Origin: PVC group bacterium
Lineage (GTDB): Bacteria; Verrucomicrobiota; Kiritimatiellia; SLAD01
Direction: 5' to 3'
Assembly (NCBI GenBank): GCA_003562335.1
Contig: PWVE01000210.1
Coordinates: forward strand, 9,099 to 33,098
DNA: 24,000 nucleotides
In this document: positions 22,941 through 24,000 of the stretch, in pieces
How positions within the stretch are numbered: the stretch's first letter is position 1
Layout of the letters: each line of letters starts with the position of its first letter
Notes under the pieces: model-generated
The model's database searches: none
What the model saw: the letters and a program-made list of their open reading frames with translations, nothing else
Told to the model about the DNA's origin: nothing
Position numbers and translations under genes: made by a program

Positions 22941-23167
22941 CCGTGACCTTGAGTCAACTGTTGCTCATTCCCCTGTTGGGCAATTTGTGCGGCATACTGG
23001 CGTGCTGGTTATACTACCAGTTCCGCGCTCATCCCCCGCGTATCATGGCCCACCGTAACCGCATTTATCGTTGTCAGGTTTGTGAACACGTGTATCTTGA
23101 CGCCCGTGACGTACCGGTGGCGCGCTGTCCGCGCTGCGGCGTACTGAACGAAGCTGTCCGTACTTGA
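22937..23167 (+). CDS. Small membrane-anchored zinc-ribbon protein (76 aa), last gene of the ExbBD-TonB-like operon
   Basis: TM helix LLLIPLLGNLCGILACWLYY, then YRCQVCEHVY...ARCPRCG (CxxC...CxxC). The start ATG overlaps the upstream stop (ATGA at 22937-22940). Confidence 0.55.
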   Translation: MTVTLSQLLLIPLLGNLCGILACWLYYQFRAHPPRIMAHRNRIYRCQVCEHVYLDARDVPVARCPRCGVLNEAVRT

Positions 23168-23214
23168 TGAACACCGCGTATTTCGTTATCGGACAGGTAG
23201 AAAGAGAGTAGGGG

Positions 23215-24000
23215 ATGCAAGCGACCACAAAAGATAAGCACATACGTATTGCACAGGCGCACTGGCACCCGGACAAATCCGTGGCGGCTGTGACCCGTTT
23301 TTTGAAGCGGCCCGCCATCGATTCGGCAGCGGAAGACACCGCGCGCACCGTATTGGCCGCCATTCAGAAGGAAGGGGATGCCGCGTTGTTGCGCTATATT
23401 AAGGAGTTCGACGGGGCCACGTTGACCGCCAAGGCGTTACGGGTGCAGCCCCGCGAAATTCATGCCGCGCGCGAACAGGTTGATCGTGAATTCAAACTGG
23501 CCGCCACCGAAGCGTGTCGGCGCATCACGCATTTTGCCAAGGCCAGTCAGCAGAAGGACTGGACCATGTCCAGTCCCAAAGGGGGCTTGCTGGGCGAAAG
23601 ATTTGTGCCGTATGAACGGGTGGGGGCCTACATCCCCGGCGGTACCGCCCCGCTGGCCTCCACAGCCCTGATGACCGTGGCCTTGGCTAAAACAGCCGGT
23701 GTCCCCGAAATAGTGGCCTGCACGCCCGCCAACAAGCATGGGGCCTGCAACCCGTTTCTGCTGTATGCCCTGGACTTGGCCGGTGCCACGGAAATCTACC
23801 GGGTGGGCGGGATTCAGGCCATTGGGGCCATGGCGTACGGCACGCGCTCCATTAAAGCGGTCCAAAAGATTGTCGGGCCGGGCGGTCCCTACGTCACGGC
23901 GGCCAAGAAACTCGTTTATGGCCAGGTGGCCCTTGATTCCGTGGCGGGTCCCAGCGAGATGGCCATTTTGGCGGACGACTCGGCGCCGCCCGACCAAGTA
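23215..24000 (+). CDS. hisD: Histidinol dehydrogenase, 5' part (262 codons, runs off the window end)
   Basis: My own translation from ATG 23215: ...VLAAIQKEGDAALLRYIKEFDG..., RVGAYIPGGTAPLASTALMTVALAKTAGV, IYRVGGIQAIGAMAYGT, KIVGPGGPYVTAAKK, LDSVAGPSEMAILAD. It is not in the ORF track because no stop occurs within the window. Confidence 0.9.
   Translation, partial: MQATTKDKHIRIAQAHWHPDKSVAAVTRFLKRPAIDSAAEDTARTVLAAIQKEGDAALLRYIKEFDGATLTAKALRVQPREIHAAREQVDREFKLAATEACRRITHFAKASQQKDWTMSSPKGGLLGERFVPYERVGAYIPGGTAPLASTALMTVALAKTAGVPEIVACTPANKHGACNPFLLYALDLAGATEIYRVGGIQAIGAMAYGTRSIKAVQKIVGPGGPYVTAAKKLVYGQVALDSVAGPSEMAILADDSAPPDQV

Overview
High-GC bacterial chromosomal window. Gene content fits a Gram-negative, possibly PVC-type organism, but the taxon cannot be determined here. 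All calls come from reading translations and motifs; no database search was run.

Core content:
- 5' end of murJ (1-165, -) and tRNA-Pro(CGG) (6092-6168, -).
- A dcw-cluster segment murC-ddl-ftsQ-ftsA-ftsZ (6270-11985, +).
- A minus-strand operon: kinase-like protein, LysM L,D-transpeptidase, accA, mscS (17582 down to 13628).
- A rhomboid protease (17639-18472, +).
- A tightly overlapped operon: TPR protein, ExbB/TolQ, ExbD/TolR, TonB-like protein, small zinc-ribbon protein (18481-23167, +).
- The 5' part of hisD (23215-24000, +).

Accessory patch A (about 225-6091) sits between murJ and tRNA-Pro. It holds a decayed toxin-antitoxin module (fused Phd/UPF0175 antitoxin plus a PIN-like toxin remnant), an unknown small ORF, and a Type III R-M operon in the order res, ORF6N, mod. 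The mod gene is cut off at a small GIY-YIG gene just downstream of the tRNA.

Accessory patch B (11986-13627) holds a small ORF overlapping a DUF6036-like nucleotidyltransferase gene. It is followed by a roughly 900-bp gene-free convergent gap packed with short tandem repeats and GC-rich REP-like inverted repeats.

Most notable observations:
- A perfect 37-bp palindrome inside the ORF6N gene, which is translationally coupled between res and mod.
- An apparently intact Res beside a truncated Mod.
- A Ser/Thr-kinase-like protein that lacks the Lys-Glu ATP-binding pair and is start/stop-coupled to a peptidoglycan L,D-transpeptidase.
- An FtsZ with substitutions in several GTP-binding and hydrolysis motifs.

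No CRISPR array, rRNA, integrase or transposase was seen.
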